Shown: positions 1-10,987, numbered from the stretch's first letter. The stretch is 34,964 bases of DNA from Octopus bimaculoides (GCF_001194135.2 NC_068988.1:44273395-44308358), one strand, 5' to 3'. Numbers and translations: made by a program. Notes: a model not told the origin generated them from the sequence alone.

Positions 1-18
1 ATATATATATATATATTT

Positions 19-207
19 CATTTCGGGATTTGGTTTGCATGATTATTTATGTGAGTTCCTGTGTTGAAGCATATTCTGTTGTGTCCGGGGAAAGTCATTT
101 TCTTTTTGTGCCTTATAATTTTAGCACACTCACTGGTAAAATTTCCACTTATTCCTTATTTTTATTTTCCTAAAATTTTCATTGTGTCTTGCAACCTTTT
201 CAATAGT
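19..207 (-). repeat. Interspersed repeat fragment, possibly a Penelope-like pLTR
   Basis: Minus strand reads CTATTGA-AAA-GGTTGC-AAGAC-ACAAT-GAAA, loosely the layout of a decayed hammerhead core. Family assignment is from recall only. Confidence 0.3.
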
Positions 208-214
208 CACTCAT

Positions 215-340
215 ACATATATGATGGATGTCTTTCTGTTTCAGTCAACCAATTCCACTCATAAGGCTTTGATTGGCCTGGGGTTATAATAGAAGACACT
301 TGCCCAAGGTAGCATGCAGTGGGACTGAACTCAAAGCCGT
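215..340 (-). mobile_element. tRNA/CORE-type SINE, 5' half fragment
   Basis: AGAAGACACTTGCCCAAGGT...GCAGTGGGACTGAAC matches the reverse complement of the head of the full copy at 22825-23231. Confidence 0.8.
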
Positions 341-695
341 CTGCATTAATCTTTAGACGCTTTATATTTTAGTTGCTATTATCTTGTCCCTATTACATCC
401 GTGCTGCCCTCCTGTCATGAATTAAAAGGTCTGGTTATTATTAATCATAAATGCTTTGAAAATGTAATAAAATTTCAAAGGTAAAATGAGGTGAGTTGTT
501 GCTGTTGTTGTTGCTAGAATTGAGTAAACATTGATCAAGCAGATCTCATATTCAAAGGCAGTCCATCCATGACTATCCTTCTATAATGTCCAGGCAAAAT
601 GTATCTAAGACTACATACATGATCTGATGGTTATTTTGAAACATGGCAACATAATATTTAAGGGAGATTTGGCTGATATTTCTTATTCCTAACAG

Positions 696-775
696 GTGAG
701 CAACCCTATAGAGATAGTCTTTCTGACTTGAAAGCAGAGGCGCTGAGAATGTTAACATGGAATGATAATAGATAA
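696..775 (+). CDS. Candidate terminal coding exon (GEQPYRDSLSDLKAEALRMLTWNDNR*)
   Basis: Acceptor TTTCTTATTCCTAACAG|G followed by 25 open codons to TAA at 773-775. No homology recognised. Confidence 0.25.
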
Positions 776-819
776 TGCATGAGGTTGCATGAATTGTTCT
801 TAATATAACATATTCAGTG

Positions 820-1169
820 TGTGCATGTGTGTGTGTGTGTGTATATGTATATATACATGTATGTATGTATGAATGTATGTATGTGTGTGTGTATATATAT
901 ATGTATGTATGTGTGTGTGTCTGTGTGTATATATATATATATATGAAAAATAATAATAAATGGAGCAAAACGCATATAAACAATAAGTTCCTTTATATGC
1001 GTTTTGCTCCATTTATTATTATTCTTCATATATATTCAAAATACATCACTTTAACATGGTATTTCTACCTATTAACCGGGTATAATATCCCAGTTTTTGT
1101 GTAATTTTTGCTACCCATGGTAACTATTAACATATTTACATTATCGAAGTTTTTTCAACTGAGATAATA

Positions 1170-1241
<72 letters not shown>

Positions 1242-1290
1242 TATATATATATCTGTATGTGTATATAGAGATATATATATATATAATCTG

Positions 1291-1322
<32 letters not shown>

Positions 1323-1435
1323 CATGTGTGTGCATGTGTGTGTATGTGTGTGTGTGTATGAATATATGTATGTCTGAATATATGTGTGTCTGTGTGTGTG
1401 CATATATATGTATACACACACATACACACACATAC
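820..1435. repeat. Compound (TG)n/(TA)n/(TATG)n microsatellite fields (about 820-945 and 1165-1435)
   Basis: Seen directly; source of the HT/YI/CV pseudo-ORFs. Confidence 0.97.
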
Positions 1436-3108
1436 ACCCAAGTGTATGTCTTTATATAAATGTAGTAATATATAATCAAATACTTTTTTCCATACTGATG
1501 AACTATTGCATCTGTTACACAACATGGAACCATACAACCTCCCTGCAATCTAAGGTAAACCCTACAATCTCTGGCTGCATTGAAAACAGTTTGTAAAGGA
1601 CTAACTAACATTATCTCCACGTGTGTGTGTGTCTGTATGTGTGTATGTGGTGTACCTGTATGATATGTGCATATCCATGTTCACAACAAACATATACATA
1701 CATATATATGTATAGATATATGTAGGGGTGTACATATAATTTTCTACTGTCCACATAGTCTATCATGAAGATGGCAACACTCTTTTGTATTGGAGATAGA
1801 AAACTTTTGTGCAGTTTCTTTTCACTATTGTCATCATTGACTAAACATCTCGTATCTCTTAAACAAGCCATTGATGGCTTGCATCAATGTTGAAATTGCC
1901 TTCAGCTGTAAATCTCAGACACAAGAGGTTTGCTTCATTACTGCTATAGTAATGGTTGACAATTTTGCTGTAAACAAGTTTCTTTTGTCGGAATTTGACC
2001 TGGCAAAAATCTATGAAGATGTTTCAGTTCATTTTTGTTTTGTCACTTCTGTCAGAAAAAAAAAGAAAAAGAAAAAGAAAAAGATAAAAAAAAATCATTG
2101 CAGATTTTCTTCTCTGAAACGAATAAAAGTAAGTTACAAATATCTGCTTGAGGGCGAAATGTTGGGCCTCTACATTTAAATGGTCACTCNNNNNNNNNNN
2201 NNNNNNNNNNNNNNNNNNNNNNNNNNNNNNNNNNNNNNNNNNNNNNNNNNNNNNNNNNNNNNNNNNNNNNNNNNNNNNNNNNNNNNNNNNNNNNNNNNNN
2301 NNNNNNNNNNNNNNNNNNNNNNNNNNNNNNNNNNNNNNNNNNNNNNNNNNNNNNNNNNNNNNNNNNNNNNNNNNNNNNNNNNNNNNNNNNNNNNNNNNNN
2401 NNNNNNNNNNNNNNNNNNNNNNNNNNNNNNNNNNNNNNNNNNNNNNNNNNNNNNNNNNNNNNNNNNNNNNNNNNNNNNNNNNNNNNNNNNNNNNNNNNNN
2501 NNNNNNNNNNNNNNNNNNNNNNNNNNNNNNNNNNNNNNNNNNNNNNNNNNNNNNNNNNNNNNNNNNNNNNNNNNNNNNNNNNNNNNNNNNNNNNNNNNNN
2601 NNNNNNNNNNNNNNNNNNNNNNNNNNNNNNNNNNNNNNNNNNNNNNNNNNNNNNNNNNNNNNNNNNNNNNNNNNNNNNNNNNNNNNNNNNNNNNNNNNNN
2701 NNNNNNNNNNNNNNNNNNNNNNNNNNNNNNNNNNNNNNNNNNNNNNNNNNNNNNNNNNNNNNNNNNNNNNNNNNNNNNNNNNNNNNNNNNNNNNNNNNNN
2801 NNNNNNNNNNNNNNNNNNNNNNNNNNNNNNNNNNNNNNNNNNNNNNNNNNNNNNNNNNNNNNNNNNNNNNNNNNNNNNNNNNNNNNNNNNNNNNNNNNNN
2901 NNNNNNNNNNNNNNNNNNNNNNNNNNNNNNNNNNNNNNNNNNNNNNNNNNNNNNNNNNNNNNNNNNNNNNNNNNNNNNNNNNNNNNNNNNNNNNNNNNNN
3001 NNNNNNNNNNNNNNNNNNNNNNNNNNNNNNNNNNNNNNNNNNNNNNNNNNNNNNNNNNNNNNNNNNNNNNNNNNNNNNNNNNNNNNNNNNNNNNNNNNNN
3101 NNNNNNNC

Positions 3109-3665
3109 CACCACACCCCCACCAGCACCCTCACCACCACTATGAGAACCATGACAACGGCAATGATGATGATGATGATGATGATGATGACGATGATGAC
3201 GGACAGCGTGGCAATTATGATGACAATAATGATGAGTAGGAGGCCGAGGCCGAGAATGACGATTAGGACAACAACAACAACAACCACCACCACCACCACC
3301 ACTACTACTATGAGAACAATGACAACGGCAATGATGACGATGATGATGATGATGACAATAATGATGAGGACGAGAACGAGACGGAGATGAGGACTACAAC
3401 AACAACGACCACCACCACCACCACTACCACCACCACCACATTCATGACAGTGATCATGACAATGACTAAGATGATGATGACTATGATGATGACTACGATG
3501 ATAACGATGATGATGACCAGTCCCACCACCACCACCACCATCTCCACTACCATGAGAACAACCACAAGAATAATGACAACAACAATAGCGATGACCAGCA
3601 CCAGCACCATCACCACTAACACTGCTGTGGCCACCACTGCTACCGCTGTGCCATGACTGTTGCTG

Positions 3666-3698
<33 letters not shown>

Positions 3699-3700
3699 TT
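3109..3700. repeat. Mosaic trinucleotide field (CAC/GAT/GAC/AAC/ACT)
   Basis: Seen directly, starting at a gap edge. Confidence 0.95.
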
Positions 3701-3889
3701 CCAAATTCAAACTCAAAAGGTGTTATTTCTTTGTTCATAACTCCGCCTCTCCTCGGACATATAACTGCAGTTAAAGAAATAGTTGTGAAAAGAGATGAAC
3801 TTCTGATAGGTGTATAGTGCTATAAATGTGATAAGTGACTAATCTGCACTGGTGTGACACTACTAAATCTACTACTATTTTATTTTTTA

Positions 3890-4050
3890 CTATTTATTTG
3901 TGTCAGTCATTGGACTGTGGTTATGCTGGGGTACTGACCTGAAGGGCTTGGGCAAACAAGTCAACCTCAGTACTTATGCTTAAGTTTGGTACTTATTCTA
4001 TAAGTCTTTGCCAAACTCCTTAGTTATGAGGATGTAAATAAACCAACACC
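3890..4050 (-). mobile_element. Old CORE-family SINE, 3' half
   Basis: TCAGTCATTGGACTGTGGTTATGCTGG...GTACTTATTCTAT resembles 17795-17900. Confidence 0.65.
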
Positions 4051-4760
4051 AGTTCCCAACAGTTGTGGTGGTGGTGGTGGGGTAAACACAAATAGAAAAA
4101 CACAAAGGCACACACACACACATGCATGCACACATCCATTATCTGCAATTGTGGTATCACAATCAATGTTGAATTGGGTAATTGATATTTGTTGTTGATA
4201 GGATCCTATGGAAGAGATACCTGAGGTTTCTATCCCTATGACTCTCTCAAGAATAGTGGGCAGATACAATAAATGGATATGCAACTGATGCAGTATTCAG
4301 TTAAAATAGACATCTATGTATCATACATACTGTTGAAAGGCCAATTTGCTGGAGTATTTGCCCTGAAATAACATCTCTTATGGACTTGTGTTACATATAC
4401 AAATACATATCAGAGAGAGATGGAAATTCATTCCTGCAGCAGCCAGTGAGAGTGCCCAATGCGTAATGTCCTTTCCAGGGATACATACTTGCAACCATCC
4501 ACATGCTTGGACAAAATTTCATCATCTCTGATAGTGGAGAAAGTGATTAAAACATTCACTGATGTGACAAATAACTGCTTGGTTGATTAAAAATCCAGTA
4601 TGTGCAACCGAGTCAGTATTTAATTGAAATTACCATTTACATATCGATATTTTAAACACAACATGTCCATAAGAGATGTCCATGTTATACCAGCATGGAA
4701 CATGAATATTAAATGATGATGATGATATATATACATTTATGATAGGCTTCCACATAGTTT

Positions 4761-5117
4761 CATTATCATCATCATCATCGTTTAACGTCCGTTTTCCATG
4801 CTAGCATGGGTTGGATGATTTGACTGAGCACTGGTGAACCAGATGGCTACACCAGGCTCGAATCTGATTTGGCAGAGTTTCTACAGCTGGATGCCCTTCC
4901 TAACACCAGCCACTCCGAGAGTATAGTGGGTGCTTTTATGTGCCACCGCCATGAAGGCCAGTCAGGAGGTACTGGCAACGGCCACACTCGAAATGGTGTA
5001 TTTTACGTGCCACCTGCACAGGAGCCAGTCCAGCAGTACTGGCAACGAACTCGCTCAAATGTCTTTTCACGTGCCACTGGCACAAGTGCCAGGAAGGCGA
5101 TTTTGGTAACGATCAGC
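4761..5117 (-). mobile_element. RTE LINE 3' UTR (5'-truncated) with (GAT)n tail
   Basis: Reverse-complement match to the 3' end at 19730-19963 (CCCATGCTAGCATGGAAA..GGACGTTAAACGATGATG; GAAGGGCATCCAGCTGTAGAAACTCTGCCAAATCAGA). Confidence 0.9.
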
Positions 5118-5121
5118 GGAG

Positions 5122-5215
5122 AAGAAGACGTTTGCCCCAGGTGCTGTGCAGTGGGATTGAATCAATGTAAACCACATGGTAGCAAAGCAAGCTACTTTAA
5201 TACGCAGCCATGCCT
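5122..5215 (-). mobile_element. CORE-type SINE head fragment
   Basis: GAAGACGTTTGCCCCAGGTGCTGTGCAGTGGGATTGAA...CAAGCTACTTTAATACGCAGCCA resembles 18095-18180. Confidence 0.75.
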
Positions 5216-5689
5216 GCATCAACAACGAAGAAGCTTTGCAGAAATTGTTTTTACTGACGTAAGTAAAACACATGGCAGTCAACGTCATCATTTTCCAAGT
5301 AAGATTGATCGAAAAATGTAGTAGAGCAGTGGGAATGATTGGTCATCCATATAGGATGACAGCTGACATTGCTCATGAATACACGAAGGAAAAGCCTTGC
5401 TTCAGGGTTCAACATGATGCTGGAAGCAAATGTCCTTAATCTTATGGTTTAACAATCAACCGTTTCTCTCCTTTACTTTCCTCTTTTACCCCAGCCACAA
5501 ATTACCCCCACCTATCTTTCATTCACCTTCCACCATACCTTAGCAGACATGATCTTACCCATCCTCCACTACTCTTCCAATAGAAGACATGGTGATAATT
5601 TATATTTTTGTTGCCATCAGTTTAAGACTAAGACAAGCTCTTAATCTCTCTTGTAGATTCCATAAATCTTCTTTCCGTTCTTTCTAAAA

Positions 5690-6150
5690 TCAACCTGCCC
5701 CCCCATCCCATTCTATCTTCTCTTTACTTCTTTGTGTCTCTCTTATTCTGTCTCCCTATCTGTCTGCCCTGTCTGTCTCTCTTTCTGGCTTAATCTCTCT
5801 CTCTATATATAACCCTTATTCTCTGTCTTCTTTCTCTTTCTCTTGCTCTCTCTCTCTTTCTCTATTGTTTTATTCTCTTTATATATGCCTCTTTATCTCA
5901 CTATCTCTCTCAGTCTCTCTCTCTCTGTCATTATATTTCTCTCCATTACTTTCCATCTCTCTCTAACTTCTCCCCTCTTCGTCTTCCTCTACCACTCTCT
6001 CTCTCCCTTTCTATCTCACTCTCCTTTTCTTTCTATCCCTCTCTCTTTCTCTTTCCCTCCCTCTCTCTCTCTTTCCCTTTCTCTCTTTCTCTCCTTCTGT
6101 CTCTGTCTCTCTCTCTCTCCCTGTATCTCTATCTCCCATACACAATCCAC
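5690..6150. repeat. Degenerate CT-rich simple repeat
   Basis: Seen directly. Confidence 0.9.
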
Positions 6151-6747
6151 CCACTTAACAACAAAGTAACAATATTCACAAAACAAAAACTAAAAAAAAA
6201 ACCCCAAAAACAAAAATAATAAAATATTTGAGATAAAACAAAACCAAACAATGAAAAGTACAAAAATATTTTAAGAAGATTATTTCTAGATTTAACATTA
6301 AAATTTGGAATTTAATTTTTAAAAATGTTAAATTGTTTTTATCTATTTATATATTTTTCATCCTATTTTATTTCCATGTTTTGATTTTTTGACAATAAGA
6401 GTTGGTGGAGGTGGGTATTCAAAAAATTTTTTTTTATGGCGTCTGTTATTTTCATGTTTTTCTTTGCTTTTCTTTATTTGTTTCAGATAGAAAACATCCC
6501 AGCTTCTTTCCCACAATCCAATGGTAGTTCTCTCCACTGGTTTTCATTCGTCCACTTAGTCATTCTACATCATCACTACATTGTTGATACTGAATATTTC
6601 CTGAAGGAAGTGTCTTCTTTAGGCTCCTCCTTCTCTTTAGCCTTTTCTCCTCTCTCCTCCCCTCACTTCTTCAAAACCGCCCCACTTTACTTTCACCACT
6701 CTCACCACTCCTCACGTAGATGCCACCATTGTGGCATTGTCTTCATG

Positions 6748-6778
<31 letters not shown>

Positions 6779-6899
6779 TTTGTCCCATGTTTTGTGTTTC
6801 ACCTGTCCAGTCCATGATTTTGTTCTTTCTGGAAATGCTTGCTTATTGGGGTGCATACGGGGTCTCCCTTGTTTGCCTTTATCAGATGCGTGGGAAAGC

Positions 6900-7268
6900 A
6901 AGAGAGAGAAAAAGAGAGGGAAAGAGAGAGGGAGAGGGAGTGAATGAGAGAGTGAGTGAGAGAGGGAAAGAGAGAGGGAAAGAGGGGAGAGAGAGGGAGA
7001 GAGAAAGAGAGAGCGGGGAAAAAGAGAGAGCGAGAGAGAGTGAAAGAGTGTGAGAGGGAGAGAGGGAGAAAAAGAGTGGGGGAGAGAGTCAGAGAGAGAA
7101 AGAGAGAGAAAGAGAGAGGAGAGAGAGGAGAGAGAGGGAGACGGAGAAAAAGAGAGGGAGACGGAGAAAAAGAGAGGGAGACGGAGAAAAAGAGAGGGAG
7201 ACGGAGAAAAAGAGAGAAAAAGAGAAAGAGAGAGAAGAGAGCGAGAGAGAGAGAAAAAGAGAGAGTGA
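6900..7268. repeat. GA-rich field containing a perfect 20-bp tandem (AGAGAGGGAGACGGAGAAAA) x4.3 at 7131-7216
   Basis: Seen directly. Confidence 0.95.
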
Positions 7269-8094
7269 NNNNNNNNNNNNNNNNNNNNNNNNNNNNNNNN
7301 NNNNNNNNNNNNNNNNNNNNNNNNNNNNNNNNNNNNNNNNNNNNNNNNNNNNNNNNNNNNNNNNNNNNNNNNNNNNNNNNNNNNNNNNNNNNNNNNNNNN
7401 NNNNNNNNNNNNNNNNNNNNNNNNNNNNNNNNNNNNNNNNNNNNNNNNNNNNNNNNNNNNNNNNNNNNNNNNNNNNNNNNNNNNNNNNNNNNNNNNNNNN
7501 NNNNNNNNNNNNNNNNNNNNNNNNNNNNNNNNNNNNNNNNNNNNNNNNNNNNNNNNNNNNNNNNNNNNNNNNNNNNNNNNNNNNNNNNNNNNNNNNNNNN
7601 NNNNNNNNNNNNNNNNNNNNNNNNNNNNNNNNNNNNNNNNNNNNNNNNNNNNNNNNNNNNNNNNNNNNNNNNNNNNNNNNNNNNNNNNNNNNNNNNNNNN
7701 NNNNNNNNNNNNNNNNNNNNNNNNNNNNNNNNNNNNNNNNNNNNNNNNNNNNNNNNNNNNNNNNNNNNNNNNNNNNNNNNNNNNNNNNNNNNNNNNNNNN
7801 NNNNNNNNNNNNNNNNNNNNNNNNNNNNNNNNNNNNNNNNNNNNNNNNNNNNNNNNNNNNNNNNNNNNNNNNNNNNNNNNNNNNNNNNNNNNNNNNNNNN
7901 NNNNNNNNNNNNNNNNNNNNNNNNNNNNNNNNNNNNNNNNNNNNNNNNNNNNNNNNNNNNNNNNNNNNNNNNNNNNNNNNNNNNNNNNNNNNNNNNNNNN
8001 NNNNNNNNNNNNNNNNNNNNNNNNNNNNNNNNNNNNNNNNNNNNNNNNNNNNNNNNNNNNNNNNNNNNNNNNNNNNNNNNNNNNNNNNNNNNNN

Positions 8095-8408
8095 GGTTAT
8101 CATCATCATCATCATCATCGTCATCATCAAATGTTCGTTTTTCATGCTGGCATCGGTTGGATGGTTTGACAAGAGCTGGTAAGGCCAGTGGCCCCACACC
8201 GGTCACCATTGTCTGGTTTCTATGGCTCAATGTCTTTTCTAATACCAACTACTTTACAGAGTGTACTGGGTGCATTTTATGTGGCACCAGCAACAATGCT
8301 TTTTATGCGACAGCATCACCACTGCTTTTCATGTGGATCCATCACCAGTGCTTTTCACATGGCACCATTACTAGTGCTTTTAATATGGCATGATCACCAG
8401 TGCTTTTT
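8095..8408 (-). mobile_element. Diverged RTE-type 3' end with (ATC)n tail, ending in a 26-bp minisatellite (8271-8408)
   Basis: TTTTTCATGCTGGCATCGGTTGGATGGTTTGAC resembles 4790-4825. Units start at 8271, 8297, 8323, 8349, 8375 and 8401. Confidence 0.8.
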
Positions 8409-8592
8409 AGAATTATTATATTATAAAGGCAGGTACAATTATTATAAAAGCAGGTAGGCTAAGTGCATAAAGCACTTGATAGCCTGTTCATGAGTTAAAA
8501 GTTCGACTCTACTGCTGGCATTCTGTTGTTTCTGATGAGTGTCTCTTATTCTACATAACCTCAGTTCATCTGACTGTTAAGATAAGAAATTT

Positions 8593-8667
8593 CATCATCA
8601 TCATCATTTAACATCTGCTTTCCATGCTGGTATGGGTTAGATGGTTTGACTGGAACTGGTAAACCTA
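8593..8667 (-). mobile_element. Short RTE-type 3' terminus with (ATC)n tail
   Basis: CATCATCATTTAACATCTGCTTTCCATGCTGGTATGGGTTAGATGGTTTGACTGG. Confidence 0.8.
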
Positions 8668-8809
8668 CAAGTAAGGGTTTAAGAGTAAGTATCGTCTAAT
8701 CTGAGAGAGCATCTGGTCATAGAAAAAAAAAACTCTGTCTCTATGTTTTGTCTGATCCATGAAAACATGGAAGGAAAAGTGGATGTTAAAATAATAATGT
8801 TGCTGACGA

Positions 8810-9066
8810 ACACGATGACAATGAGGATGATGATGATGATGATGATGATGACGATGACGACGACGACGATGATGATGATGATGATGACGACGATGACAAC
8901 AATGATGATAATGTTGATGGTGATTATGATGACGACGATGATGGTGATGATGACGACGATGACGGCGATGATGGTGATGATGACGACGGCAACGATGACA
9001 ACGATGATGATGGTGATGATGATAATGATGATGGTGATGACGACGATGATGATGATGATGATGATG
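8810..9066. repeat. (GAT/GAC/GGT)n mosaic microsatellite
   Basis: Seen directly. Confidence 0.95.
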
Positions 9067-9450
9067 AAATTGGCATGTTATTAAGAGTGAAATTTTTCTC
9101 TTATCTGATTCATGTCATGAAATTGGAGCTAAGCAATGGCTGTCAAGGGTCTCTATCCTAATGTGCTGAAGGCATTTATTATTATTTTTTTTTTAGGTAT
9201 AAATTTTTGTTGTTGATGTTGTTGTTGTTTAGCCTCAGGGCAGTCTTCTACTTCTTTTATAATTTCTTTTGCATCTCAAGTGCATTGTTGGAATATAAAT
9301 CATCTCCGATGCTTGACTTGTTCTTTATCAATCCCAAAATGGAAGAAAGGGCAAAATTGACTTCAGTAGAATTAGAACTCCAAATTCAAAGAACCATCAA
9401 ACAGACACACACACATAATCAAAAAGATTCCAACTAAAACCACCAAACTT

Positions 9451-9682
9451 CAACAAGCAAAGTAGCTGGTTATAAAATCTCAAGAAGAGATAGAGTAGTA
9501 ACATATACTAAACAGTAAAGCGAATAGCCTGCACCGAAAACCAGCTGGTGGAGAATCCGCCTGGGGTTAAACTAGTAGCAATATTCATCTGCTACTTTGA
9601 TGTAGCTACTTGCTTTATTGTTTTGTATATGTTACTACTCTATCTCTTCTTGAGATTTTATAACTAGCTACTTTGCATGTTG
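9451..9682. repeat. Long inverted repeat: 71-bp arms (9451-9521 and 9612-9682, 67/71 matches), 90-bp spacer
   Basis: Manual reverse-complement alignment gives 4 mismatches. No clear target-site duplication (TSD). Confidence 0.92.
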
Positions 9683-9716
9683 TAAACAAAGTGACCATTG
9701 GTCACTTTGTTTACAA
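9680..9716. repeat. Perfect palindrome, 18-bp arms with 1-nt centre (TTGTAAACAAAGTGACCA-T-TGGTCACTTTGTTTACAA)
   Basis: Seen directly. Confidence 0.97.
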
Positions 9717-9909
9717 AATATTGCTGTCAGAAGCGGATCTTAGCTATCACTCCACTGCACAGGTGTGCATGTGCAGTGTGCACAGGTGTGCATGGCTGAC
9801 GTGAGCCAAACAGCTTGAAATTGGCTGGTCCTGTGATCTTGTCAGCTACTGGGGGATAGTAGGGGTTCGATCCCCCTGCTAACGATGTATTGTATAATAA
9901 AGGGTGCAG

Positions 9910-9995
9910 AGCATGCACCGAAAACCAGCAGGTGGAAGAATCCGCCTGGGGTTAAACTAGTAGTACCATTCATCTGCCACTTTGGTGTGGCTACT
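9910..9995 (+). repeat. Second copy of an approximately 85-bp structured module (first copy 9526-9610)
   Basis: Alignment gives 8 mismatches and 1 indel; offset 384 bp. Confidence 0.9.
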
Positions 9996-10082
9996 CTCTT
10001 TACTGCACCAAACTTCTTTATTCAGGAATCATCTGAATTATCAATGTATCCTTCAATTTTCCGTATGGTAGGACACGCTCTG

Positions 10083-10335
10083 CGGAGGCGCGTGGCTTAG
10101 TACTTAGGGTGTCAGCACCATGATCATAAGATTGTGGTTTCGCTTCCTGGACTGGGCAACGCGTTGTGTTCTTGAGCAAAACATTTCATTTCACGTTGCT
10201 CCAGTCCACTCAGCTGGCAAAAATGAGTAACACTGCTATGGACTGGCATCCCATCCAGCTGGGGAACGCATACGCCATTGAGACTGGGAAACCGGGCACA
10301 TGAGTCTGGCTAGTCTTTAAAAGGGCACATTTATC
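10083..10335 (+). mobile_element. tRNA-derived SINE with a Meta-like central motif
   Basis: A-box-like TGGCTTAGT, degenerate B box, then GTCCACTCAGCTGGCAAAAATGAGTA and GCTATGGACTGGCATCCCATCCAG. Domain name is from recall. Confidence 0.7.
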
Positions 10336-10509
10336 TTTATTAGAACATACTCTGCTATTTCTAGTATGTCAAGCCATCACAGAAACTTCTTCACTGACTC
10401 ATTGGTATGGTTGTTGATAGTAGTGGTAACATGGTGAGAATTCTAGTGATATGCTATGCTTGAGAAGACATTGTCAAGCCAAGTAAAACTGTGGTCATCC
10501 ATGCATACA

Positions 10510-10930
10510 GGCATTTATGTGCTTTCTTGTGTGTATATGTGAGTGTGTGTCTGATTGTGCATGCATGTGTGTGTGTGTGTGTGGTTATTGCATGTATTTG
10601 TGTGTGAGTGTGCATGTGTGTGGTGTGTGTGTGTGTATGTGTGTGGTGTGTATTTGTGTGTGTGTTTGTGGTATGTATGTTATGTGTGTGCGTCTGTGTG
10701 TGGTGTGTTTTTGTGTGTGTATATGTGTGTTCATGTGTGGTGTGTGCAGTGTGCACTTTGAGTGTGTGTGTATGTGTATGGGTGTGTGCATGTGTGGGTG
10801 TGTATTTGTGTGTGTGTATGTTGGTATGTGGTGTGTGTGTGTGTGTGTGTGTGCATATGTGTGGTGTGTGTATTTGTTTGCATGTATGGCGTGTATATGT
10901 GCATGTATGTTTGTGCATGTGTGCAGCGTG
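10510..10930. repeat. Degenerate (GT)n field
   Basis: Seen directly. Confidence 0.95.
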
Positions 10931-10987
10931 TGCTTGATTTTTCTTTGAAAATTATATCACTTTATACCTGTTATGAGTCGGCCTATA

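Noticed and set aside
1870-2075. Strong minus-strand polypyrimidine tract and CAG at about 2050, plus the 102-aa + ORF
   Set aside because: All three frames after the acceptor stop within 8 codons, and no homology is recognised.
2148-3302. ORFs of 300-500 aa at 2.1-3.3 kb, 6.7-8.2 kb and 19.0-19.9 kb
   Set aside because: They are open only because they cross N gaps and simple repeats. Only 18768-19079 is real (transposon) coding sequence.
6798-6872. Minus-strand exon-like segment GKQGRPRMHPNKQAFPERTKSWTGQ with an AT-hook-like GRPR
   Set aside because: The pyrimidine tract is simply the (CT)n repeat, the donor is mediocre, and it has no phase-compatible neighbours.
9531-10000. CRISPR-like or prokaryotic reading of the repeated structured module
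   Set aside because: Only two copies, no repeat-spacer periodicity, and an entirely eukaryotic repeat context.
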